Assembly (NCBI GenBank): GCA_964016885.1
Contig: OZ024745.1
Location: 79,112,001 to 79,176,000, forward strand
Origin: Eledone cirrhosa
Lineage: Eukaryota
Direction of reading: 5' to 3'
Length of the DNA stretch: 64,000 bases
A program made the position numbers and the translations under genes. Positions 36,690-48,745 of the stretch are shown piece after piece. Each line of letters begins with the position of its first letter. Positions within the stretch are counted from its first letter, which is position 1. The notes below the pieces were generated by a model. It was not told the origin of the DNA, made no database searches, and saw only the letters and a list, made by a program, of their open reading frames with translations.

Positions 36690-38600
36690 AGATGAGTTAG
36701 ATTCCAGTGTTTGATTTTATTTTACTGATATATCATCAAGATTTTCGCACCTTTGGTCCTCTGAAGCAGTTGATTGATCCTCGTCTCCTGTATTCATTGG
36801 GTTCACACTCTCAGCTAGGGGCACCAGTGCTTCCAAATCTAGTGTAGATGGTGCAAGACACTGGATGGAAACAATATCGTCTCTGCTGTTTCAAAATTCC
36901 ATTATTGCAAAATAAAGAGACATTTTTTCTACTGGTTTGACTTCTTCAACTAATGGATATCCTTTGAGTCTCAAGTGTTTCATGTGCAGTAGGGTGTTTC
37001 CACTTTCCTGCAAGTACTTTAGTAAACATGTACCTGCAACTGATGATCTGGGAAATCTGATAAATCATTCATGAGGAGTTTCATTTGTTGAGGTACAGAG
37101 AAAGGAGTTAATTGAAGAAATAACTGATGGTAGGACAGTCTTCCACGGCTGTTTAAAAAGATTAAATGAATGTAAAGTTAAGTTCATAGTTTTCAGCAGT
37201 GTGCCATTTTCTCTCACATTGACCATTTATTGTGGTCTGTAAGGAGTGGTAAACTCTGTCACAGTTTAGCATTCTCAAATTGGGCACCTTGGTCTGAAAG
37301 TATACATCTTTGTGACCCAAATATTGAGAAGAGGTTTAATAGATGTATCATCACAGTCTCAGTATTCATATCAGAGAATGGAAAAGCAAAGAGGTATCTG
37401 CTAAACTCATCGATTAACACCAGTAAATATTTGTTCTTTGTAGAACTTGGGAGAGGACCCACAAAAGCGATTGAAATTTGCTCCCAGGGCCTGATGGTAT
37501 GTATTAGCTTGCCTGGTGATGGTTTAGTGTCATGCAGATTTGACATAAGTCTATTATTTCTTACAGGCCCCTAATGGATACTGGTAAGTTGTGAACTTTA
37601 CAGTAGTGGAGCATCCTAGTCAAATCAGGCTGACATAATTAGCAGTGGAGTATTGGTACTCCTGCGTTTGTTTGTAAGGCAACACATCTGGATTTTTTCA
37701 AAATACCAGGGCAATAGGAAAATGTGTAATTTAAGTCAGATAGCTTCATTCGCCATCAACTTTTGATTTTTGTTGTTTTGTGCTTATCAAAGACACAGAA
37801 CATTGATCTGTTACAATATTGTAATGTGGACCACAACCAATTAAGTGCTGCCATCTGCAACAGCATTCAACGATTCCACACGCCTCTCTTTTTATAATGG
37901 TTGGTCTCTTCTTGTGTAGTGACAATACTCTTGAAAAGAAGGCAACTGGTATCCATTTTGCATTAATATTTCCTCAAATGCAGTAGCAGGCGCATCTGTC
38001 TTGTTAGAGTTATGTCATGTATAGAGGCAGATAATATGGACCTAGTTAAAATTTTTTTTAGACATTTTATTGAACACTCGCTTCTTCAGACAGACCATTG
38101 GCATTGATTGTTTCCTGTGATTTGAAGACAGGCACTGTCAGTTCAGAACAATGAGGGATTCATTTTGCAAAGAATCCTATCTGTTGGTTTAGTTCTTTAA
38201 CATTTTTTGGTTCTGGCATTTGTAGGAAAGCTTTGTAGTGATCAAGGTCTAGCTGGAGAGTGCCATTTTCTAGAACATAATCTAAAAACTATATCCATTT
38301 TGAGCAACTCTGCTTTTTTCATAGTTGATTTGCTTACCAACTGTCTTGGCCAGCATCTTGAATTTGTCTAGGTTCCTGTCATACTCAGCTGAACCAAATC
38401 TACCAAAAATGATGTGACCTCTGTCTTTTCTAGACAGTTTGATCTTATGAATTTGTCCAAGACCCACTACAAAATGGCAACAGATGCTGTTGTGGTGTAG
38501 TTGTTGATGAGTTCAGTCTGCAGCCGTTAGTGCTCCTTTATCGCACCGCTTTGAACAACATCATCAGAAGGAACCTAGACACAGCTGGTTTCCCGGCACA
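36690..38600 (-). mobile_element. Decayed Gypsy/Ty3 pol (RT, RNase H, integrase)
   Basis: PWEQISIAFVGPLPSS..NKYLLVLIDEFSRY.FAFP...SDQGAQF, plus RNase H-like GYPVAFFSR upstream; many stops. Confidence 0.85.
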
Positions 38601-39205
38601 ATTTAAGCCAGCTAACCTCAACTATGCTGATTCATCCTCTTTCTTTTTGAAGTGGGAAAATCTCTAATTTGTGAGATGTGCTGTGACACGTCCTCCGCGT
38701 TCGACCTTGTCGCTTTGGCCACAAACCCATGCTCTATTGGTCATAATGCAGAGGAGAGGAATATAGTTAAATAACCGACCGATTACTCCTTGTACCAGTC
38801 TCCTTGGTCCTTGCACTGCTGATTTCCTCCTTAAAATAGGAAAGTCAGTGACCAGCTTGAGGAGGGAGCCCCGTGAGGTGGGGTTGTTGTTGCAGTGGGT
38901 GTTTTGAGCCATTCTCCGCGGCAACGCCTTTACCATTTGGTCTGCAGGGTGCGGCTGAGGCACTGCTCAGACTGGAGTGTAGTATCTGTCCCTCACCATT
39001 TTTCTTTCGTTGCTTGATTCCTCTTTCTTTTTCTTATTTTCCTTTCCTTTTTTTCTCCTTAATAGTATGCTTTACTTTTCCTTATTCATACACACAGAAA
39101 AAGTTATTTTCTAGCAATAAAGAATTGTTTTAAAACCGTAAAAAAGAATTAATTCCCCTTTTTTTTTTTTATTAGAACTCTCTATTGATTGAAAAGTATA
39201 TTTTA

Positions 39206-39224
39206 TGGCGCGCCAAATTTCAAG
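39206..39224 (+). promoter_or_regulatory. E2F site with adjacent CHR-like element (candidate FANCI promoter)
   Basis: TGGCGCGCCAAA (reverse complement TTTGGCGCGCCA), with TTCAAG 4 nt after the GC core. It lies in unique sequence upstream of the first FANCI acceptor; GTATGT donors occur near 39439 and 39456. Confidence 0.55.
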
Positions 39225-39874
39225 TGTTTGTTGACAACTTAATACAAATACGGACATTTATTATTTTCTGGTTTCGTCAACGAACTAAAACAATTTCATT
39301 TTGTTTACTTCAGCATATTTATTGAACTTAATCAATCTCTCAATTACAAAATTACTTTGTATAAAGGGAAAACGGCTTTGAGTGGATCAATTTGTTTTCA
39401 ACCCCCAGTACGCTTCTATCTGAATGTTATATTTCCATGTATGTATATATCTTAAGTATGTCTAACGCTTTTTATTGTTACACATTTCAATGTATTCTCA
39501 CCAATTTATGTTTTCTTGTATGTGTATGTTTTTATTTGATTGTATTTTCTTTGACACGCTGGGTCAACATTTACGCATTATGCGAGAATTTTTGGCATTT
39601 ACTTATTTTGCCGAAAATCACAGCAATTTAATTCTCCGGCCCTTACGATATATTGCATTTCGCCCCACAATTTTTTATTTGAGCGATCTTCCAGCTTATT
39701 CTGAAGTCTTAAAAGAAGACCTGCGATAGTTAGTTTTAACGGGATCGCTTTATTTTTTAATTATATAACCAATCCAAAAAGCATTAAAAAATAAAATCGG
39801 ATAATTTCCGACCCTTTTATATAGGAATGCCATCATTTATTATATTAAAACCATTTAATGTAAATACAATGTAA

Positions 39875-40130
39875 ACCCCCTTCGGTCACGAATGACCATG
39901 AAAATGACCTAGAAAATTCCACTCCTAAGCACAAACCAGGGCAAGGTGCTTTTGTGGAAGACCAGTCGCCTATGCATAGCGGTTTCCTCTCTCCAGGCCA
40001 TTGATGTTGCCCAAGGGAAAGGCAAAGGCTAATACAGCTTGGCACCAGTGACGTCACAACTAATTTCTACAGCTGAATGAGCTAAATTGTCTTGCTCCAG
40101 GACACAACGCATCGCTCGATTCGGGAATCC
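39875..40130 (-). mobile_element. SINE (third family, CORE-like)
   Basis: GATTCCCGAATCG...GTGTCCTGGAGCAAGAC on the minus strand, with a typical 3' block. Confidence 0.55.
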
Positions 40131-40469
40131 AGCACACACACACATATAAAGTCATCTCAGCTTTATGGATGCCTTCAGGTTTATAACTAAATCCACATTG
40201 CTGACATTTATTGAAAATGGAGTTTCCATGAAAGGTCACTCGGAGTTTCTCGTTTCTGGTCCTCAAGTGACTGAAGACTGGAAATGAGAAACTCCAAGTA
40301 GGGATTCACACAGGCTCAGCTTTGAATCAACAAAGGTTTAGGAAGACCCTTCACTTGTGTCAAAGATACGACAACCTCTTTAGTGTTGGTGATCTACATG
40401 ATAAACGTACCCAGTACATGCTGTAAAGTGATTGATGATAGGAAGGGCTTCTCTTTTTAGCCCACTTAT

Positions 40470-41850
40470 TCCTGAGAGGGCCGTGGGGGCAGTCTTCAAA
40501 CATTCTTTCCAGCAGGTCCTGTCAGAAGCAACCGTCTCTAACTGATCCAGCTGGATCCCCAAGCTAGACTAGCCAAGTTCTTGAATGTTATCCAACCATC
40601 TTGCTCGGGGTCTACCCCTGGGTCTCTTTCTGGTTGGTTTTGCCAATACAATCTGTCCAGTGATTCATTCCCGAGACATTCTAACCACATGTCTTTAGTA
40701 TCGGAGCTGTGATCTCTCAATTCGGAGAAGTAGTGACTCTGATCTCCAAGCTATGCACTTTAACGAGTAACATTACACCAAAGACTCTCTGGAGGAATCC
40801 TATTTCAGCTGCTTGTATTTGCAGTAGTATTCTTTCGGTCATTACCCAAGATTCATGACCATAGTTAAGGGTTGGCATGAAAACCGAATTGAAGACAGCG
40901 AGTTTGGCTTTTACACCTACCACCCTTCTGATTACTGACTGCTGGAGCAGGCGCATTACTGCATCAGCTTTTGCAATTCTTGCACTTAATTCAGCCTCCT
41001 GCCTTCCATTACTCATGAACACAGTCCCGAAATACTTGAACATCTCTACCTGCTTCAGATATAGTCGGGGTTTCCTCAACAATGTTCCATGGCTCTGATA
41101 CTGTAGATTTGAATGGATGATGGAAACTACACTCTTCAGGTGTGGCACTAGAAATGACTGCACAGGCGGGAGTGGAGATACTCAAGCCTCCAGCTGTCAG
41201 AATGTGTTTTGGACTGGATCCTGTTAGGAGGGAGGATTTGCTTCATGAAGCTTAGGCTTCTGTGGGTTTTGCAAGTTTATGCACCTAACAAGGAGTACGA
41301 ATACAGGTTTCTCCTTGATGAAGTCACTGCAGTTAAGACTATATCCTGATGGGAGATTTCAATACACGGTACTGACAACCTGACATGGAAAGGAGTAATT
41401 GGAAAGAATGGCGACCCCGATCTAAATACGAATGGAGAGGCCCTACTAGACTTCTGTTCTAGTAATGGACTCTATTATGAATATCTTCTTCCAGCACAAT
41501 GACATCCATAAATATACATGGTATAAGGGGAATCGGGGACAGATCAATAATTGATTTTGTTATTGTCTCTGATCTCTTTGATTCTGTGCTGGATGTTCAG
41601 TTCGTGTTAAGAGAGGGGGTTGAGCTGTCAACTTATCGCCATCTAGTTACTTGCAACTACCTAAAGCCACAGAAGTCTACAAATCTAGCAGGTCCATTGC
41701 GACCTACAGGATAAAGTGGGAAACATTGGTGGATAAGAGATCAGGACCAGATATGCAGATACTATTGCATCAAAATTCAGGGAACTCCCTGAAGAAAGGC
41801 ATCCAGTGAAATATTTGGGAGGACCTTTCAAATGTGTCAAAGACATAACC
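40470..41850. mobile_element. RTE LINE with inverted 5' part: RT C-terminus on minus (40470-41150), AP endonuclease on plus (41150-41850)
   Basis: Minus: QVEMFKYFG...PTLNYGHESW...QAAEIGFL. Plus: VYAP, MGDFN, NG..LLDFC..NGL and SIIDFVIVS. Confidence 0.8.
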
Positions 41851-42040
41851 TTCCTTGTGCTGGTCTCACTGTAAAATGCATGGGATTGTATATATGTGAG
41901 ATGCAGACAGGGGTCAGATGGTAGCCTCATTTTAGCACTGACTCGGTTTGTGAAGATCTGTTCACCCCTTGCTAGCAGGGAAAACGGATGTTAAATGATG
42001 ATGATATATTTAAATCTGTATGATTGCAGATTGGCAGTGA

Positions 42041-42142
42041 ATGGAAACATTTAATAACATGGATGAGAAAATAATTGCATTGGCTGACAAAAGAAAGAAA
42101 GAAGAACTTAGAAGTGTATTAAAAGATGTTGACAAAAATCAG
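42041..42142 (+). CDS. FANCI: FANCI first coding exon
   Basis: Acceptor tgcag at 42029; in-frame ATGs at 42041 and 42059; (METFNN)MDEKIIALADKRKKEELRSVLKDVDKNQ|gtaag. Compare human MDQKILSLA. Confidence 0.9.
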
Positions 42143-43031
42143 GTAAGAACTCATCATTTTATCATGTGAATCTTTGCTTACTTCTTAAAAGTTGATTTGT
42201 GGATAACAAAAATGCATAGAAGCAAAATATGTCTCCTGTGGACCTGAATGATTTCTAAGGCCTTTGGCAAGACATCAATGTGGAAGCATAGATCTTTACT
42301 GTAAGCAGCACATAATATTATTATCTTGTGTATATTCTTTTATTATTTTACTGGTTTCAGTCATTAGACTGGCCATACTGTGACACCACCTTGAAAAAAA
42401 TAAAGATCTTCAAGCATTGCATTGGACTCATGTAAATTTTTTATTCTAATTTCTTTTGACTAAGCATAATGCCATTTTTTTTTTTTAAAATTAAAAGAGA
42501 GATAGTTGGTTGCCTTGTATTTTAAGAATACTAAAATGTAGTTTGCGTGAAGCATTGTATATTAATTTAATTTCAAAGTGAATATACCGGAATATTTTTT
42601 CTCTGAGAGTTCCTTATACTCTGACATTTAAGTCCTGAAATATTAGGACTAAAGAAAAACCCAAAATATAAACCAGGTCACTAACTTTTTTGTTACCTTC
42701 ATCATACTGTCCATTTTGCATTGTTTAGCCTTCTTACATATATCACTTTCCACATTAAGAATACCATTTTGTTTAAATTCATTTAAAAATAAAGTCTGAA
42801 TTATTACATCCCCTCTCATATCCTTTTACATCCACAATGATTTAAATGCACAGATACACCAGACATGTAATATTATTGTTTATTTATTTTTACTAACTTT
42901 TGTGTATATTCTTTTATTATTTCACCGGTTTCAGTCATTAGACTGGGGCCATACTGGGGCACCACCATAAAAAAATAAAATAAAGATCTTCAAGCACTGC
43001 ATTGGACTCATGAACATTTTTTATCATTAAG

Positions 43032-43107
43032 GTTGAAAAGATGTTGGAAGATTGTATTGTGAAAGAAACCAGTGAACCAGTAGCTCTCATAAGTGCGCTT
43101 TTATATG
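43032..43107 (+). CDS. FANCI: FANCI coding exon 2
   Basis: aag|VEKMLEDCIVKETSEPVALISALLY-G|gtaag; 76 nt, phase 0-1. Confidence 0.88.
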
Positions 43108-44477
43108 GTAAGTATATCTATATTGGTAATTTTGTTTCTTTTTCTTTTTCTTCTTCTTCATTCACTTATTTCTGTGAAGGTTGTGGGACAGTCCTTTGGC
43201 ACGACTTTCAGAGGGTCATATCAGAAGCGACTCTCTCCAAATGATCCAACTTGAGGACCTGTGACATGTCCTGGGAGGTGTGGGATGGACTCAAAAGTTG
43301 ACATCCCAGGACCCCAAAAAAAGTTTAGAAAGGAACAAACGTTAATAATTTTGGTACTTGTTATGTTTCCAATTTATTTTTAAAGCTAGCATAAGTTTGA
43401 TTTTGGTTTTAATTGGGATATCTACATATTATTGGAGCAAATGTATTTTGCATTTGTATACACATCCATCCATTAACCATTTAAGTATAAATTTACAGTA
43501 ACTTTTTTGTCAATCAGAAAAACTGGAGAATTATATTGGGTACACTTCAATGGCTATAAGGTGGTCATTGAGTATTTTGTGGTGAATTCTCTGGTGTATC
43601 CTTAAGTTCTTTGTAATCTATCTCATTGACAGTTTCTTTTATTCCATTTGAAAACTATAGGACAGCTTTTTGCTCTTCATAAAGTTTGGTTCTTTAGTTT
43701 TAAAAATAAAAACTCTGGTAACCATATAATCTGTCAAAGAGACAAGTTGAGGAATAACCAGTACAAAAAGTGTATTTACTTGGTTTCTTTATCTAAGTCA
43801 ATAGAAGCACAGCTTACATACTTCTTATCTAAGTCAATGTAAGTGCAGCTTACATATCTCTTATTTACATACATTATGGTAACAATATATTTTTCTAAAA
43901 TAATTCTCTTGTTAACCCAAGTGGAAGTAACTGTAAGAAAAGAACATGGGATGAAATAGTGAAGCTGATCTCAGGAAGTTGAATCTTATGAAGATGACAA
44001 AAGACTACTGTCGTGTGTTGCTGTGCTGAAGAAGACCCCTATTCAATCCATGCAATTGTAAAATCATGGATGATGATGATTTCATTTACCAAGTTTCATT
44101 TCAAGGGTTTTGTTGACCAGAGGCTATTTTAGAAATCCACGAGGTGTTGTACAATGGGATCAAACCTAGAATCATATGCTTGTAGTGCAAATTTTTTAAC
44201 CAGACAGCCATGCCTGTGTCTATCTTTATAGTTCTTTGCACTGTTATAGTTGCAAAATGGTTATATACTTTTTCTCTGAATATGATAGGGCTCCATATTG
44301 AAAGGTATAGACAATTATATCATTTCCAGTGCTTGACTGGTACTTCATCAAAGTTGATCAAGGTGAAATTTGAACTTAGAATATGAAGGAACATAACCAA
44401 ATACCATAACATTTTGTCTAACACTCTACCAATTATGCTATCTACTACCTTTTTATTTATATTTAACCTCCTGTGGT

Positions 44478-44668
44478 GTAATAATTGTTTCTACTTTTGG
44501 CACAAGGCCAGCAATTACCCAGTGCATTACTGGTACTTTATTTTATCAACCCTATAAGGATGAAAGGCAAAGTTAACCTTGGCGGGATTTGAACTCATGA
44601 CGTAAAGGGCCATAACTCTGCTGCAAAGCATGGTGTCTGACGCTCTACCGATACTGCAATCTACCAAT
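44478..44668 (-). mobile_element. Family-A SINE
   Basis: Conserved core on the minus strand. Confidence 0.85.
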
Positions 44669-45344
44669 AATGTTGATTAAAATGGGTCATCATGGCTATA
44701 GATGAATAATTCAATGAGCTATTGGGCTTATAAATGGGCATGAACTCAATTACAAAACACTTATCACTTTATAATACTCCCACTGACTATAGCAGATAAC
44801 TGTACCCCTCCTCTCTCTGGAACCTATTTAAAGCTAAGTGGTCTGTGTTTGGGAAAGTTAAGTGCCTTCATAGACATGGAGCCATATTGTTGACAAGATT
44901 TGATTTGCTAACCATTTGGTCAGTAATTTGTTACTGTTTATTTAGCTTGCTACAGTATTCATCATCATCATCATCGTTTAACGTCTATCTTCCACGTTAG
45001 CATGGGTTAAACAGGAGTTGTCCCACTTGAAGCAAGATTGGTCGGTGACAGTGTCTCGCTTGTATAGGACTATCTGGCAGGTTTTCTACGGCTGGATGCT
45101 CTTCCTAACACCAACCATATTTACAGTGTGGACTGGGAGCTTTTTACTGTGTTACCTACATGGCCACATTACAGCATGGACTGTGTGTTTATTTTGTCAT
45201 GACACCTACACGACCTCTTTAGTTTGGACTGGATGTTCTATTGTACCAACATAAATTTATAGAGAAAGGGTGGTGTTGGCGGGAGTCAATACTATGTGTC
45301 TATCTATATTCATTATAAAGAGTAACGGTTTGCTCTCTATGTAG

Positions 45345-45475
45345 GATTTTCTTTGGAAGAAGAGGAAAGAGCTAATAAATGGTTGGACATTTATTTGTAT
45401 TGCATTAATTGTCTGCAAAAGAAAGATCAACATTCAAAGGTTTCTGCAAACGTCATAGATTTCCTTATTTGGCAG
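45345..45475 (+). CDS. FANCI: FANCI coding exon 3
   Basis: tag|GFSLEEEERANKWLDIYLYCINCLQ...IDFLIWQ|gtaag; 131 nt, phase 1-0. Confidence 0.9.
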
Positions 45476-46150
45476 GTAAGATTTAAAAAATTTATTTTGA
45501 GGTGAGTATTTCAGATACTTCTTAACTGCATGATTGATTTCTATTAAACTAGTTATTTAATTGGGGCCCATGCAAGACTTGCATAGACCATAATAGACCT
45601 AATATCTTGTTTGTATGTGGATACAGCTTGGCCAAATGGTAAAAAGTTTCCTTCACAATCATAAAGTCCCGCATTCAGTCCTAAGTTTTCTATGACTGCA
45701 TGCCTTTCCTATCAGAGTGTACTGGGTGCATTTATTATGTAAATCACCAGTACTAGGGAGGTTATTTAAAGAGTCTTTCCAACCCTTTATTTGGCAAGTT
45801 TTCTCCAGCAGGATTCCCTTCCTATTACCAACCACTTTACAGTGTATACTGGATGAATTTATTGTGTAAATCACCAACACAGGAGGTTAGCTGAAGAGTC
45901 CTCCATCATAGTATCATATGATCTGCCACCATTTCAGCCTTATCAACTCAGTCACCAACACTCTGCAGTGTTAATGTTCATTTTGAGTTTTTACAAATTT
46001 GATGGGCAGTAAAACAAGAGGCATGAAGAGAAGTCTGGAAGTAGAACTCTGAGACAGAAGAATATTTATGTAAGATGACACAGCTGCTTTACTTGAAGAA
46101 TAGCAGCAGATGTATTGATTGGTTCATAATGGATAAGTATGGACAACTAG

Positions 46151-47230
46151 TTCAGTCGAAGAGAGGTAGTCACGGTTCTGGGACAGCTTTCCTCACCATA
46201 TGAGATGTCATCTGGTGTACCTCAGGGATCTGTTCTTGGCCCCTTTTTGTTTGTGGCATATATTAATGACATAGATGCCAACTTAAGGAATGCCACAGTA
46301 CTAAAGTACGCAGACGACATCAAGCTGTACCTTGAGATAAAAAGGACAGATCCTGAACACTATAGATCTTGCTTGCAGTCTGACCTGGACACAATGCAAC
46401 AGTGGATCTCAGACTGGCAACTCAAGCTAGCTGTGGACAAGTGCACCACCATGCATTTTGGGAGTAAAAACCCAGCGTCCACATACTCCCTCCACAGCAC
46501 TAATATCAAGAAGTCTTCCTGTGAACGTGACCTGGGCATTACGGTCAGCAGCGATTTGCGTTGGACGAGGCACGTCTCTAAAATTGTCAAGAGGGCCGAG
46601 GGTGTCTTAGCATCACTCAGCAAGACCTTTGTCAGCCGCTCTCCAGATATCTATTTAAGGCTGTATACAGCTATGGTGCGACCACACTTAGAATTTGCAT
46701 CACCAGTCTGGAACCCCTATCTTGCTCAGGACATTGACCGCCTGGAAACTGTTCAGAGACGTGCAACCAAGCGAATACCCTCCATCAGGCATCTACCATA
46801 CTCTGAGCGCCTTGCTTCCCTGGGCATGGATTCATTGAAGCTCCGACGCCTGGCAACTGACTTGGTAAACACCCACAAAATTGTTAACCATGTTGCCAAC
46901 AACAACCCTGAGTACCTTTTCGATTTCCATGTGTCTAACACACGTGGACATGCCCACAAAGTAAGAAAACAGCACAGTTCCCATGACTTTCGGAAACATT
47001 TTTTCACGCTCAGAGTTGCTGAAGCATGGAACAAACTACCTGCATCAGTTGTTAGCTGTCGAGACACTGCATTCTTTAAGGCCTCCATGCTTCCCGAGAT
47101 CCGCCAACAGAACAGCTAACACATACACACATGTACTTCCCTGACATTTGTGTATTATTCTATGTACTATATTGACGAGTTGTAGTGCACCTGAGCACTT
47201 TACACAATAATTTCATTATTATTATTATTA
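46151..47230 (+). mobile_element. Young 5'-truncated CR1-clade LINE (intact RT C-terminal ORF, 3'UTR, (ATT)n tail)
   Basis: Uninterrupted ORF SGVPQGSVLGP..YADD..ERDLG..RPHLEFA..WNP..FF..RV...WN.LP with stop at 47119; tail ATTATTATT. Confidence 0.95.
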
Positions 47231-47597
47231 TAAAATAGCAAAGACCATTGAAGAATGAGTTTATGTTCAGGTGAGCATGCATACATAGAAAGACCAGTTC
47301 TGTATAAATAAATGTTTTTATTTATTTTTATCAGTAGTTTTTGGTGGGTTGATTAAATGAAAAACACTCTATTTTAATTAATTAATGAAGAATTTTTACT
47401 ATAATTATTTCATTACAAAGATAGTAACACAACATATAGTTCTTATATAAAATTATGTTGGAAGATTTTAATTTAAATAGGAATCTTTTAAAATGAGAGG
47501 TTATTGTTTTATAGCATCAGAGGCAGTTGTGACTCTCTTTGTATAAAAAGGATTAAATTATATTTCTAGTTTGTTGTATTTTCTGTGGTTGTTTCAG

Positions 47598-47683
47598 ACA
47601 GAAAAGTTAGCTGACACCAACTTGGTTTCTTTGCTTAAACACTTTACTGAAATCATTAAAACTGCAAATCTGCAGAATAACAA
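47598..47683 (+). CDS. FANCI: FANCI coding exon 4
   Basis: ttcag|TEKLADTNLVSLLKHFTEIIKTANLQNN-K|gtaag; 86 nt, phase 0-2. Confidence 0.88.
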
Positions 47684-47714
47684 GTAAGTTTTTTTTAATA
47701 TGTATTTGTTATTA

Positions 47715-48338
47715 AATAGGGTTTTACTAGAAGGCTACCACAATGCAAATGGGACAATAATTGTTAAAAATATATTAATAACAAAGATATTGGAATCTTA
47801 GCTTGCGGTTGTTTGAAGGTCCTTATATTTTGAGATAAAATTCCTCCATCAAAAGAATAAATGAGGAAACTAATTTGGAGCAAGATATGTTGTGTTGCTC
47901 TTACTGCAAGGTAATATCCCAACATCTTTGTTATTATTGGTAGAGTGTCAGATAAAATGCCATGGCAGTATTTGTTCAGTCTTTTTACATTCTGAGTTCA
48001 AATTCCACCAAGGCCCACTTTGTGTTTCATCCTTCCGGGGTTGATTTAATCAACTTTGCCCTTCGCAGAAAATTTATTGGGTGCCTAAATTAGAAATCAT
48101 TATTGTAGGGTAGTACCGGTAGAAGGTTGGACGCCATACTTTGACACATAGAGTTACGACTCTTGCCATTCTGGCCGAGGTTAACTTTGCCTTTCATCCT
48201 TACGGGGTTCGATAAAATAAAGTACCAGTAATGCGCTGGATAATTGCTGGCCTTGTACCAAAAATAGAAACAATTATTATAGTTTTAACAATTAATGTCC
48301 CATTTGCACTGAAGTAACCTTTTAATAACACTACTTTC
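47715..48338. mobile_element. Long-TIR MITE carrying two nested family-A SINEs
   Basis: AATGCAAATGGGACAATAATTGTTAAAA (~47741) is inverted as TTTTAACAATTAATGTCCCATTTGCACT (~48283). SINE copies at ~47938-48100 and ~48107-48280. Confidence 0.6.
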
Positions 48339-48397
48339 TAAACTTTACAAAATGCTTCAAGCAAACTACAACACATTCTTATATGTTATTGTATTAA

Positions 48398-48602
48398 CCC
48401 TTTAGCATTTACATTACTCTATATTTACTATTGTATTTTCACAGTAAACACTTTATCTCACATAATATTGATTCTATGAGATTTTGATATTTATTTTAAG
48501 AACAATACCTTAACATCAGTATGAGGGGTAGGTTGGGGCTGGTTTGAACAGAAAGAGGTGAGAGAATTCTGGCCAGATATGGCCGGTTTAGATACTAAAG
48601 GG
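48398..48602. mobile_element. piggyBac-like MITE (205 bp)
   Basis: TTAA TSD at 48394-48397 and 48603-48606; TIRs CCCTTTAGCATTTA / TAGATACTAAAGGG. Confidence 0.8.
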
Positions 48603-48745
48603 TTAAAGGTGGTGAGTTAGTTGCAAGTAGAATGCTAGCTTAAATATCCTTGTAGTACTTATTTAACATCTGCCTACATTCCCAGTTGAAATCAGTTTGT
48701 GTCAACTTTGCTTCCATCCTGTGATGGAAACCGGTTCTTAAGATA

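Noticed and set aside
38664-39133. Short ORFs upstream of the FANCI promoter motif as a host gene
   Set aside because: No recognisable domain or exon chain; probably the 5' part of a retroelement, but I cannot support a specific call.
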